Assembly (NCBI GenBank): GCA_010092885.1
Contig: JAADYX010000381.1
Coordinates: forward strand, 6,144-70,143
DNA from: Chloroflexota bacterium
Lineage (GTDB): Bacteria > Chloroflexota > Anaerolineae > Aggregatilineales > UBA3940
Length of the DNA stretch: 64,000 bases
Direction: 5' to 3'
Part shown: piece by piece, positions 38,455 through 47,337 of the stretch
Position numbering within the stretch: position 1 is the stretch's first letter
How the letters are laid out: each line of letters opens with the position of its first letter
Made by a program: the position numbers and the translations under genes
The notes under the pieces: generated by a model
Seen by the model: only the letters and a program-made list of their open reading frames with translations
What the model was told of the DNA's origin: nothing
Database searches by the model: none

Positions 38455-38480
38455 GTTTTGTTCTGTGGAAAGAGGTGACA

Positions 38481-38855
38481 ATGCGCGGTGTGAGGGGAGC
38501 AACCACAGCACCCACCAATACCAGACAAGCCATGCTGGACGCGACACGGGAACTGCTCGTGCGCCTTGTAGAGGAGAACGACATCCGCACGGAAGATATC
38601 GTCAGCATCTTTTTTACTGCGACAACGGATCTCAATGCTGTCCATCCGGCCCTTGCCGCCCGTCAGTTGATGGGCTGGACCTACCTGCCGCTGTTGTGTG
38701 CACAGGAGATCGCGGTGCCGAACAGCCTACCACGTACGATCCGAGTTTTAATCCACTGGAACACACCAAAAACGCACGACGAGATCAGACACGTGTACAT
38801 CAACGGCGCAGAAGTACTGCGCCCCGATTTCGCAGGAAAGGAAGAACCGACATGA
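38481..38855 (+). CDS. aroH: Chorismate mutase, AroH class
   Basis: [39 protein letters not shown]. Confidence 0.93.
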   Translation: MRGVRGATTAPTNTRQAMLDATRELLVRLVEENDIRTEDIVSIFFTATTDLNAVHPALAARQLMGWTYLPLLCAQEIAVPNSLPRTIRVLIHWNTPKTHDEIRHVYINGAEVLRPDFAGKEEPT

Positions 38856-39865
38856 TCATCGTGATGGAGCAGGGTGCCGCCGAGTCGGATCGCCAAGGGG
38901 TCATTGAGTGGGTCGAGGAACATGGCTTCCGGGTCCACATCTCAGAGGGTGAGGAGCGTACAATCATCGGTGTGATCGGCAACGACCGCCCCGTTGATCG
39001 CGATCAGGTTGCGCGACTGCCGGGTGTCGAACGTGTTGTGCCCGTGCTGGCCCCGTATAAGCTGGCCAGTCTGGATATGCACCCCCAGCCGACAACGATT
39101 CCGCTCAATGGGAGGCAGGTAGGCGGCAGCCGGGTACTGGTCATTGCCGGGCCGTGCTCGGTGGAAAGCCGCGAACAGATCCTTGAAACCGCGCATGCGG
39201 TCAAGGAGGCCGGAGCAACCGCACTGCGAGGGGGCGCCTACAAACCCAGAACGTCGCCTTACAGCTTTCAGGGCCTTGGGGAAGAGGGTCTGGAGCTCCT
39301 GGCAGAAGCGCGCGAGGCGACCGGACTTCCAATCGTGACCGAGGTGATGGCTCCGGAGTTGGTCGAGCTGGTCGGGCAGTATGCTGACGTGTATCAGGTT
39401 GGGGCGCGCAACATGCAGAACTTCGCTCTGTTAAAGGCGGTGGGCAAAACAGACAAACCTGTGCTGCTCAAGCGTGGGGCTTCCAATACGATGGAAGAAT
39501 TGCTGATGGCCGCCGAGTACATACTGAGCAAAGGCAACCTGAATGTGATGTTGTGCGAGCGGGGCATCCGGACATTTGAACCGTACACACGCAATACATT
39601 TGATGTGAATGCCATCCCAGCATTGAAGATGCGCACCCATCTGCCAATCATCGCGGATCCGAGCCATTCGACCGGACACTGGGAGCTGGTTGGTCCGGCG
39701 GCCCTGGCTGCGGTCGCTGCCGGTGCCGATGGTTTGATCATTGAGGTGCATCCACGCCCTGAGGAAGCACTGAGCGATGGACTGCAATCACTCAAACCGG
39801 ATCGCTTCTCCGATCTGATGGGCCGGATGCGTGCGGTGGCTGAGGCCGTAGGGCGCAGCCTGTGA
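38852..39865 (+). CDS. aroF: DAHP synthase type I-beta with N-terminal regulatory domain
   Basis: [36 protein letters not shown]; real start MIIVM at 38852. Confidence 0.93.
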   Translation: MIIVMEQGAAESDRQGVIEWVEEHGFRVHISEGEERTIIGVIGNDRPVDRDQVARLPGVERVVPVLAPYKLASLDMHPQPTTIPLNGRQVGGSRVLVIAGPCSVESREQILETAHAVKEAGATALRGGAYKPRTSPYSFQGLGEEGLELLAEAREATGLPIVTEVMAPELVELVGQYADVYQVGARNMQNFALLKAVGKTDKPVLLKRGASNTMEELLMAAEYILSKGNLNVMLCERGIRTFEPYTRNTFDVNAIPALKMRTHLPIIADPSHSTGHWELVGPAALAAVAAGADGLIIEVHPRPEEALSDGLQSLKPDRFSDLMGRMRAVAEAVGRSL

Positions 39866-41154
39866 GCACCCTCACTGTCTCGCGAACGCCGGCCCTGCGG
39901 GGGCGAATATCTGTGCCTGGCGACAAGTCAATCAGCCACCGGGCGCTGATCCTGGGGATGCTGGCCGCGGGTGAAAACCGCGTGCGCGGCTGGCTCCCCG
40001 CAGGTGATACACTCGCCACGCTGGGGGCGGTGCGAGCTTTGGGAATCGATGTCCTGCGCGAGAATGAGACCAGCCTGCGCTTTCAGGGAGGGGGGCTGCG
40101 TGAACCTGCGGCCCCGCTCGACTGCGTGAATGCCGGAACGTGTATGCGGCTGCTGGCAGGTGCTCTCGTCGGGCAGACGTTCCCGTCTGTATTGGATGGA
40201 TCGCCGCAGCTGCGCCGCCGCCCGATGGCACGCATCACAGGGCCGCTGCGTGCTATGGGGGCCTCAATCTCCGACACGGATGGGCGTGCACCCCTGCATA
40301 TTGAACCGGCACCGCTGCACGGTCATGAGCACACACTCAGTGTTGCCAGCGCTCAGGTGAAGAGCGCGATCCTGCTGGCAGGTCTACATGCTGAGGGTGC
40401 GACGGTTGTTCATGAACCTGGACCCAGCCGCAACCATACGGAAGTGATGTTGCAAGCCATCGGGGCTGACTTAAAGGTCGATAAGCACACCGTGCACCTT
40501 GCTGCGGCACAGCCAAGGCTGGAACCGCTCGAGCTGGATGTACCGGGGGATATCTCCTCGGCGGCATTTGTGCTGGTCGCGGCGGCCTGTCTGCCCGGTT
40601 CGGATGTAGTGATCGAGCATGTCGGTTTGAACCCGACACGTACAGGCATCCTGGAGGTGCTGGCACGAATGGGATCCGACGTGGCGAGCACGGAGCGGGA
40701 AGAGTCAGGTGGTGAGCCTCTGGGCACGCTGCGCATCCGCGGTGGCGATCTGCGCGGTGTCAGTCTTGGTGGCGATCTGATAGTGCGGGCCATTGATGAA
40801 CTGCCGGTCATCGCAGTGGCTGCAGCACAGGCAGCCGGGGAAACGCGAATCACCGTTGCTGCCGAACTGCGCGTCAAAGAGGTGGACCGGATCGCGGTGG
40901 TGGCACAGGAGCTGCGAAAATTGGGAGTGCAGGTCAGCGAGCAGCCAGATGGCATGGTCGTTGAAGGTGGCCATCCGCTCAAAGGGACAGCGGTAGACAG
41001 CCACGGCGATCATCGTATCGGTATGATGTTGGCCGTGGCTGGGCTGTTTGCTGAGGGCGAGACCCATATCCAGAATGCGGGCTGCATTGCGGATTCGTTC
41101 CCCGGGTTCGCCGCGACGTTGGCCGCACTTGGGGCGGAGGTGCGCACCGCATGA
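39862..41154 (+). CDS. aroA: EPSP synthase
   Basis: [31 protein letters not shown]. Confidence 0.95.
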   Translation: MSTLTVSRTPALRGRISVPGDKSISHRALILGMLAAGENRVRGWLPAGDTLATLGAVRALGIDVLRENETSLRFQGGGLREPAAPLDCVNAGTCMRLLAGALVGQTFPSVLDGSPQLRRRPMARITGPLRAMGASISDTDGRAPLHIEPAPLHGHEHTLSVASAQVKSAILLAGLHAEGATVVHEPGPSRNHTEVMLQAIGADLKVDKHTVHLAAAQPRLEPLELDVPGDISSAAFVLVAAACLPGSDVVIEHVGLNPTRTGILEVLARMGSDVASTEREESGGEPLGTLRIRGGDLRGVSLGGDLIVRAIDELPVIAVAAAQAAGETRITVAAELRVKEVDRIAVVAQELRKLGVQVSEQPDGMVVEGGHPLKGTAVDSHGDHRIGMMLAVAGLFAEGETHIQNAGCIADSFPGFAATLAALGAEVRTA

Positions 41155-41951
41155 CCACACGTGCGGGGCTGCTCGGCTGGCCGGTTGAACACAGCATCTC
41201 ACCGGTGATGCACAACGCGGCCTTCAGGGCGCTTGGGCTTAACTGGTCCTACGATCTGCTGCCGGTTGAACCGAGTCGCCTGCAGGCTGAAATCATGACC
41301 CTGCTAGAGGATGGCTATGTGGGCTTCAATGTCACGATCCCGCATAAGCAGCAGGTGCTTAACCTGCCCGGTGTGGAGCCTGAGCCGGCTGTGCAAACCC
41401 TCGGTGCAGCGAATACCCTTGTCCGGCAAGGCGATCGGCTGCGTGCCCACAACACTGATTGGACTGGCTTCCGCGACGATCTGGAGGCGCATGACGTGCA
41501 CCCCGCTGGTTGGGACTGCCTCGTGCTCGGTACGGGTGGATCCGCAGCGGCGGTGGCCTATGCGCTCCGACGGATGGCTGCGGCTTCGGTAACGTTTGTC
41601 AGCCGTAGCCCGGAAGGCAGGGCAGACACCATCGGCTACGCGGACCTGGACGATCATCAGGCTGTGCGCCTGGTTGTCAACTGCACCCCGCTTGGTATGC
41701 ATCCGCGTGTGGAAGGTTCCCCCTGGCCACAAAAACTCCCTCTGCCAGATTGTGCAGTCATCTATGACCTTGTCTACAATCCCGTTAGAACACAGTTAGT
41801 GGCACAGGCTGAAGCGGCTGGCCTGCGTGCCCTGTCCGGGCTAGGGATGCTGGTTCGGCAGGGTGCTGCGGCATTTGCACTGCGGACCGGTCAACAACCG
41901 CCACTGCCTGTGATGCTAAACGCTGCACAAACTGCACTGGGGGGGTCATGA
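41151..41951 (+). CDS. aroE: Shikimate dehydrogenase
   Basis: HSISP, NVTIPHK, NTD, DLVYNP, GLGMLV. Confidence 0.93.
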   Translation: MTTRAGLLGWPVEHSISPVMHNAAFRALGLNWSYDLLPVEPSRLQAEIMTLLEDGYVGFNVTIPHKQQVLNLPGVEPEPAVQTLGAANTLVRQGDRLRAHNTDWTGFRDDLEAHDVHPAGWDCLVLGTGGSAAAVAYALRRMAAASVTFVSRSPEGRADTIGYADLDDHQAVRLVVNCTPLGMHPRVEGSPWPQKLPLPDCAVIYDLVYNPVRTQLVAQAEAAGLRALSGLGMLVRQGAAAFALRTGQQPPLPVMLNAAQTALGGS

Positions 41952-42622
41952 TATCTTTCTTTCGCACACGGATTCCGGGCATGCTGCAGAAACGCGTTTT
42001 TCCTGATTTTCATTCGCGTTTGCAGTGGGTAACGGACCGGACAGACTCATACAAAATCATCATTGGAGCAGGCGGACACGCCCAAAGAGGGTGGGTTCGC
42101 TCAGAGATCGACGAACTGAATCTACTTGAGGAAGCGGACTGGGCAAAGTACTTTGAACCGGGCCAGATCGATGCTATGGTGGCCGAGCATGTGTGGGAAC
42201 ACCTGACGCGAGAGCAGGGCCTTGAAGCCGCACGGCGCTGCTGTCAGTATCTCAAGCCGGGGGGGCACCTGCGGATCGCCGTGCCAGATGGTTTGCATCC
42301 GGAGGCCGCTTACATCGAATGGGTGAAGATCGACGGGGTCGGGCCTATGGCCGACGATCACAAGGTGCTTTACACGTACCGGACACTCTCCGACCTGGTG
42401 AAGGAAGCGGGCCTAGTGCCCCGTTTGCTCGAATACTGGGATGAGGATGGAGTGTTCCACCAAAACCCTTGGGATCCGGACGATGGCTACATCAGCCGGA
42501 CACCCCGCTTTGACTATCGCAGGCGGCATGGCATCGAACAGTATACCTCGCTGCTGATCGATGCCGTCAAGCCGCTGTCAGGAAAGGATATAAGCAATGG
42601 AGCAGCAAGCAGCAATCGCTGA
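41948..42622 (+). CDS. Class I SAM-dependent methyltransferase-like protein
   Basis: IIIGAG, AEHVWEHL, LKPGGHLRIAVPD. Confidence 0.8.
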   Translation: MISFFRTRIPGMLQKRVFPDFHSRLQWVTDRTDSYKIIIGAGGHAQRGWVRSEIDELNLLEEADWAKYFEPGQIDAMVAEHVWEHLTREQGLEAARRCCQYLKPGGHLRIAVPDGLHPEAAYIEWVKIDGVGPMADDHKVLYTYRTLSDLVKEAGLVPRLLEYWDEDGVFHQNPWDPDDGYISRTPRFDYRRRHGIEQYTSLLIDAVKPLSGKDISNGAASSNR

Positions 42623-43895
42623 GAATTTGGTTGAGGAACTGCGCTGGCGTGGGTTGATCAACGATGCAACCGAAGGCGCACTTGACGTGTTGGCCGAGCA
42701 GGCCGTTACAGCCTACATCGGGTTTGATCCCACGGCAGACAGTTTGCACGTTGGGTCGCTGGTTCCGATCATGACGCTGGTACATCTTCAACGCCATGGG
42801 CATACTCCCATTGCGCTGGTTGGGGGCGGCACCGGCATGATCGGCGACCCGAGTGGCAAGTCTAAAGAGCGCAGTCTCCTCGATGAGGAGACGCTTGCGC
42901 ACAACCTGCGGAGTATTCGCGCACAGCTGGAGCGTTTTCTCGTCTTTGACGGCGTGACCAATCCGGCCGTTATGCTCAATAACGGCGATTGGCTGGGCGA
43001 GCTCAACCTGATCGCCTTTCTGAGAGATGTGGGCAAGCATTTCACCGTCAACTACATGATGGCCAAGGACTCAGTCAAGAGCCGGTTGAGCAGTGAAGAA
43101 GGCATCAGCTACACGGAATTCACATATATGCTCCTGCAAGCGTATGACTTCCTCGCGATGTACCGCTCACACGGCTGCACCTTCCAATTCGGCGGGAGCG
43201 ACCAGTGGGGCAACATCACCGCAGGCACGCAGTTGATCCGGCGGATGGACAGCGGCGAGGCTTACGGTGTCACCCTACCCTTGGTGACCACAGCCAGCGG
43301 AGTGAAATTCGGCAAGACGGAGGCGGGCACCGTCTGGCTGGATGCCGAGCGCACATCACCGTTCCGGTTCTACCAGTTTTGGATCAATACCGCCGACGAC
43401 GATGTGCTTGACTACTTGAAGTTCTTCACGCTGCTGAACTCCGAGGAGATCGATGAGCTTGCAGCCAGTCTCAGTGAGGAGCCGTGGAAGCGTGATGCAC
43501 AGACTCGCCTGGCTGAAGAGGTCACACGGTTGGTACATGGTGATGATGCCCTCCAGCGCGCCCAACAGGCCACCGAAGTCCTGTTCGGTGGGGCGTCATT
43601 TGCGGATATGGACGCTGACGAACTCCTCGATATTTTCGCGGAGGTGCCTTCCAGTGAGGTGACCCCTGAGCAGTTGGAGGATGGGTACAGCATCGTTGAT
43701 GCTTTCGTTGATGCGGACCTGGAAACATCCAAGAAGCGGACACGCCAACTGATCGAAAATGGCGGTGTGTATGTCAACAACGAACCCGTCGAGACCACTG
43801 ATGCTGCGCTCCATCTGGCTGATGCTATTGATGGCCGCATCATTGTGCTGCGCAAGGGTAAGAAGAAGTACCATCTCATTCGGGTGATCGAATAA
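42597..43895 (+). CDS. tyrS: Tyrosine--tRNA ligase
   Basis: YIGFDPTADSLHVG, GGSDQWGNI, KFGKT, C-terminal S4 domain. Confidence 0.97.
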   Translation: MEQQAAIAENLVEELRWRGLINDATEGALDVLAEQAVTAYIGFDPTADSLHVGSLVPIMTLVHLQRHGHTPIALVGGGTGMIGDPSGKSKERSLLDEETLAHNLRSIRAQLERFLVFDGVTNPAVMLNNGDWLGELNLIAFLRDVGKHFTVNYMMAKDSVKSRLSSEEGISYTEFTYMLLQAYDFLAMYRSHGCTFQFGGSDQWGNITAGTQLIRRMDSGEAYGVTLPLVTTASGVKFGKTEAGTVWLDAERTSPFRFYQFWINTADDDVLDYLKFFTLLNSEEIDELAASLSEEPWKRDAQTRLAEEVTRLVHGDDALQRAQQATEVLFGGASFADMDADELLDIFAEVPSSEVTPEQLEDGYSIVDAFVDADLETSKKRTRQLIENGGVYVNNEPVETTDAALHLADAIDGRIIVLRKGKKKYHLIRVIE

Positions 43896-43929
43896 GATTT
43901 GCGACCTGCCTGCCGACAAACTAATATCG

Positions 43930-43969
43930 ACACAGCATTTCGGGGATCTACGTCCCCGAAATGCTGTGT
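43930..43969 (+). terminator. Long hairpin after tyrS
   Basis: 17-bp perfect stem ACACAGCATTTCGGGGA / TCCCCGAAATGCTGTGT with a 6-nt loop; no U-tract. Confidence 0.55.
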
Positions 43970-43996
43970 GGGACTGTATCGTATGATAAGGGCACT

Positions 43997-45166
43997 ATGA
44001 TCGCCAACCAGGATTTTGTCATCCTCTCCACCCAAGATTGGGATGCCCTGCCAACCCGCAAGCATCGCTTTGCACGCCGTTGGGCACAGCAGGGCAACCG
44101 GGTGCTGTATATTGAGCAGCAGATGCACTGGGCAGGCTGGCTGGCGGATATCGGGAATCAGTTCAGCCGGGCATGGTCCTTTCTGGAAAGCCCGCAAGAA
44201 GTAGAGCCGAATCTCTGGGTTTACACCCTGCCGCTGGTGCTTCCGTTCTTCCAAATGGTGGCCGCGATCAATACGGTCAACAACGCTTTCCTGCTGCCGG
44301 TCATCAAAAGGCAGACCGCCCGTCTTGGCTTTCACCATCCAATCCTGTGGGCGTACACACCCCATTCAGCGGATTTCATCGGCCGGTTGGGCGAACGCCT
44401 CGCCGTCTATGAGTGCGTGGATGACTTCACCGCCTCGAAGGGACTCGTACATCCGGCGACAATCGGGCGGTTGGAGGAGCGCCTCATCAGACGGGTGGAT
44501 CTACTCATCACGACGGCACCGGCGCTGCACGATCACAAATCGGACCATGCAAAACGGGCGGTGCTTGTCCCCAATGGTGTGGATGCCGACCACTTCGCAC
44601 AGGCTGCTGACGACTTGCAGCCTGTACCGGCAGCCATGCGGGATCTGCCGCGGCCCGTGATAGGCTTTCTCGGGTCGTTAAACTACTGGATTGATACGGG
44701 TCTTTTGGGGCGCATCGCACGGGAGCATCCCGATTGGACAGTGGCACACGTCGGCCCGGTGGATATGCTGGCGGATATGTCGCCACTGCAAGGGCTGCCC
44801 AACGTCGCGCTGATCGGTCGGGTGCCCTATGCTCAGGTGCCCGATTATGTACGTGCATTTGATGTCTGTGTAAACCCATACCATCTGGATGGAGTAGCTG
44901 AGCATTGCAGCCCATTGAAACTCTACGAGTACATTGCAACGGGCAAACCCGTTGTCTCCGTAGATATGCCCGAGGCCCGGCAGTTTGATGGGTTGATCGC
45001 TATCAGCCAGGATGCCGAGGATTTCGTGCGGTTGGTAGGCGAGGCTGCTGTACAGCACGTCAACGGTACGCAAGCCCGCATTGAGGAAGCGCGCAAACAT
45101 GACTGGGCACGCCGTTTTGAAGCCGTTGAGGCCGCACTGGCTGAGGTGCTGAGGGCGACAGCATGA
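43997..45166 (+). CDS. GT-B glycosyltransferase (TuaH-like)
   Basis: YECVDD, VPNGVD, PLKLYEYIATGKPVV. Confidence 0.88.
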   Translation: MIANQDFVILSTQDWDALPTRKHRFARRWAQQGNRVLYIEQQMHWAGWLADIGNQFSRAWSFLESPQEVEPNLWVYTLPLVLPFFQMVAAINTVNNAFLLPVIKRQTARLGFHHPILWAYTPHSADFIGRLGERLAVYECVDDFTASKGLVHPATIGRLEERLIRRVDLLITTAPALHDHKSDHAKRAVLVPNGVDADHFAQAADDLQPVPAAMRDLPRPVIGFLGSLNYWIDTGLLGRIAREHPDWTVAHVGPVDMLADMSPLQGLPNVALIGRVPYAQVPDYVRAFDVCVNPYHLDGVAEHCSPLKLYEYIATGKPVVSVDMPEARQFDGLIAISQDAEDFVRLVGEAAVQHVNGTQARIEEARKHDWARRFEAVEAALAEVLRATA

Positions 45167-45867
45167 GCGGTGTGTTGATCATCGTGCCTGCTTACAACGA
45201 GGAAGAAAGCCTCCCTCGGGTGATAAGCGCAGTCCGTCAGTCGGTACCCCACGCTGAGATCGCTGTTATCAATGATGGCTCCACCGACGCCACCGCGCGG
45301 GTGGCTGCCGAGTGTAGTGTGGTTGTGCTCAACCAACCCTACAATCTGGGGATTGGTTCCACCATGCAGACAGGCTATATGTACGCCATGCAGCAGGGTT
45401 TTTCAGTAGCGGTGCAAGTCGATGGGGATGGCCAACATAATGCCGAGGAAATCCCCGTGCTGCTGGAAGCCCTGACCGAACCCGATGTGGACGTGGTTAT
45501 CGGCTCGCGGTTTATGCATGAGGATGGATACCGTCCGCCTGCGATGCGCCGCCTGGGTATCGTGATCCTTTCCGGCATTCTCTCACTGGCAACCGGGCAG
45601 CGCATCACGGATCCGACGTCTGGCTTCCGGGCAGTCAACAAGCGTACGATCGCGTTCTACGCACAGGATTATCCCTTTGACTATCCAGAACCGGAGGCGA
45701 TCATATTGCTGCACCGGGCAGGGCTGCGCATCCGCGAGGTACCTGTTCGCATGAGCGAACGGCTGGGTGGGCAGTCGTCGATCACACCGATGCGCTCCGC
45801 CTATTATATGATCAAAGTCGTTCTGGCCATCCTGATCAATTTACTCCGGCATCGGCCTGAGGTGTAA
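45163..45867 (+). CDS. GT2 glycosyltransferase (polyprenol-phosphate glycosyltransferase-like)
   Basis: PAYNE, DGSTD, DGDGQH, DPTSGFR. Confidence 0.9.
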   Translation: MSGVLIIVPAYNEEESLPRVISAVRQSVPHAEIAVINDGSTDATARVAAECSVVVLNQPYNLGIGSTMQTGYMYAMQQGFSVAVQVDGDGQHNAEEIPVLLEALTEPDVDVVIGSRFMHEDGYRPPAMRRLGIVILSGILSLATGQRITDPTSGFRAVNKRTIAFYAQDYPFDYPEPEAIILLHRAGLRIREVPVRMSERLGGQSSITPMRSAYYMIKVVLAILINLLRHRPEV

Positions 45868-45871
45868 GTAT

Positions 45872-46243
45872 ATGCTCATTCCCTTTGACGCGCGTATCCA
45901 TCTGCTTTCTATCGCTGGACCCCTGGTGATGATCCTGGTCGTCCTTGAGATGGTCCGCCGCCGCCGTCTGCGAGAGGACTATTCGCTGCTGTGGCTGGGC
46001 GCATTCGGCGTGATCATCGTGTTGGCCATTCTGCGTGATGCACTCCTGGAACGCATCGCGGCGATCATGGGCATCTATGAGGCTGCAAACGCCATGTTTG
46101 TTATCGGGTTTGCATTGCTCGTTCTTGTCCTTTTCCAGTTCTCAATCGTGATCACCCGGTTGGCTCGTGAGAACAAACAGGCTGCCCAGCATATCGCGCT
46201 GCTGACCCAACGCATCGCTGAGCTTGAGCGCAAGCTGGACTAG
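45872..46243 (+). CDS. DUF2304 family membrane protein
   Basis: VRRRRLREDYSLLW; 3 TM helices plus a coiled tail; follows a GT2 gene. Confidence 0.8.
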   Translation: MLIPFDARIHLLSIAGPLVMILVVLEMVRRRRLREDYSLLWLGAFGVIIVLAILRDALLERIAAIMGIYEAANAMFVIGFALLVLVLFQFSIVITRLARENKQAAQHIALLTQRIAELERKLD

Positions 46244-46245
46244 CT

Positions 46246-47337
46246 GTGCATTGTGTCCACATCAGCAAGGTGACCGGTGTCGCGGGCTCGGAGCGGCATC
46301 TGCTCAGTCTGCTGCCCGGTCTGGCTGAGCGCGGTCTGCGGATCACGATGCTCGTGCTTGAAGAACCGGCCCGACCAGCGGACGATTTCGTAGATGCTCT
46401 TATTGAACAGGGCGTCACAGTACAACGGGTGCCCATCCGGTCGCATCTTGATGCGCGCCTACCGGGTGAGTTGCGGCGCCGCTTGAAACGCCTCCAGCCC
46501 GATGTCGTTCACACGCACCTGGTGCATGCTGATTTCTATGGTCTGCCTGCCGCCCATCAAGCCGGGGCGGCATTGTGTATTTCATCGCGCCATAATGACA
46601 ATGCGTTTCGGCGCAATCTACTGTTCCGGGCAGCGAACCGGCGCGTGATGCGGCATACCGATCGTGTGATCGCGATCAGCAGGGCACTGGCACGTTTTGT
46701 CGCTGACGTGGAGGGCATTGACCCTGAGAAGGTTGTTGCCATTCCTTATGGGATGCAGCCACCGATCTACCCTGCCAACATCCGGACACAGGCGCGGAAA
46801 GCGCTGCACCTTTCACCGGGGGCGGTTGTGATCGGGTTTGTGGGCCGTCTGATCAGGCAGAAAGGCGTGGACGTGCTGCTGCAGGCGGTAGGTCATCTGC
46901 CGGATGTCCAAGTCGTCATTATAGGCGATGGGCCGCTGCGCGCCGAACTGGAAGGGACAGCGGGTGAGCACGTCCGGTTTGTAGGGTGGCGTCACGATGC
47001 GCGTGAACTGATGGCTGCTTTCGATGTGCTGGCGGTGCCCTCCCGTTGGGAGGGATTCGGGTTGGTAACTTTGGAAGCGATGAGCCACGCACTGCCGGTG
47101 GTAGCTGCCCGCGTGAGCGCTCTACCTGAGATCGTGGTGGATGGTGAGACCGGCCTATTGGTGCCAGCTGAGGACGCTGCGTCTCTGGCTGCCGCGCTTA
47201 ACACGCTTGTCACAGATCTGGATCTGGCGCGCCAGATGGGCCAAAAGGGCTATCAGCGTCTCTGTCATCACTTCTCTGAGCAAGCCATGATACAATCGAC
47301 CTACGACGTGTATACGAATAAGGACGGAGTTGTATGA
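46246..47337 (+). CDS. GT4 glycosyltransferase
   Basis: VGRLIRQKG, PSRWEGFGLVTLEAM. Confidence 0.9.
   Translation: MHCVHISKVTGVAGSERHLLSLLPGLAERGLRITMLVLEEPARPADDFVDALIEQGVTVQRVPIRSHLDARLPGELRRRLKRLQPDVVHTHLVHADFYGLPAAHQAGAALCISSRHNDNAFRRNLLFRAANRRVMRHTDRVIAISRALARFVADVEGIDPEKVVAIPYGMQPPIYPANIRTQARKALHLSPGAVVIGFVGRLIRQKGVDVLLQAVGHLPDVQVVIIGDGPLRAELEGTAGEHVRFVGWRHDARELMAAFDVLAVPSRWEGFGLVTLEAMSHALPVVAARVSALPEIVVDGETGLLVPAEDAASLAAALNTLVTDLDLARQMGQKGYQRLCHHFSEQAMIQSTYDVYTNKDGVV

Noticed and set aside
38270-38480. T-box riboswitch upstream of the aro/tyrS operon
   Set aside because: There is no UGGNACC T-box bulge or recognisable Stem I; a uORF attenuator explains the region better
38417-38851. 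N-terminal extension of the 482-aa aroF ORF
   Set aside because: It overlaps the terminator and aroH in another frame; the real start is ATG 38852 with its own RBS
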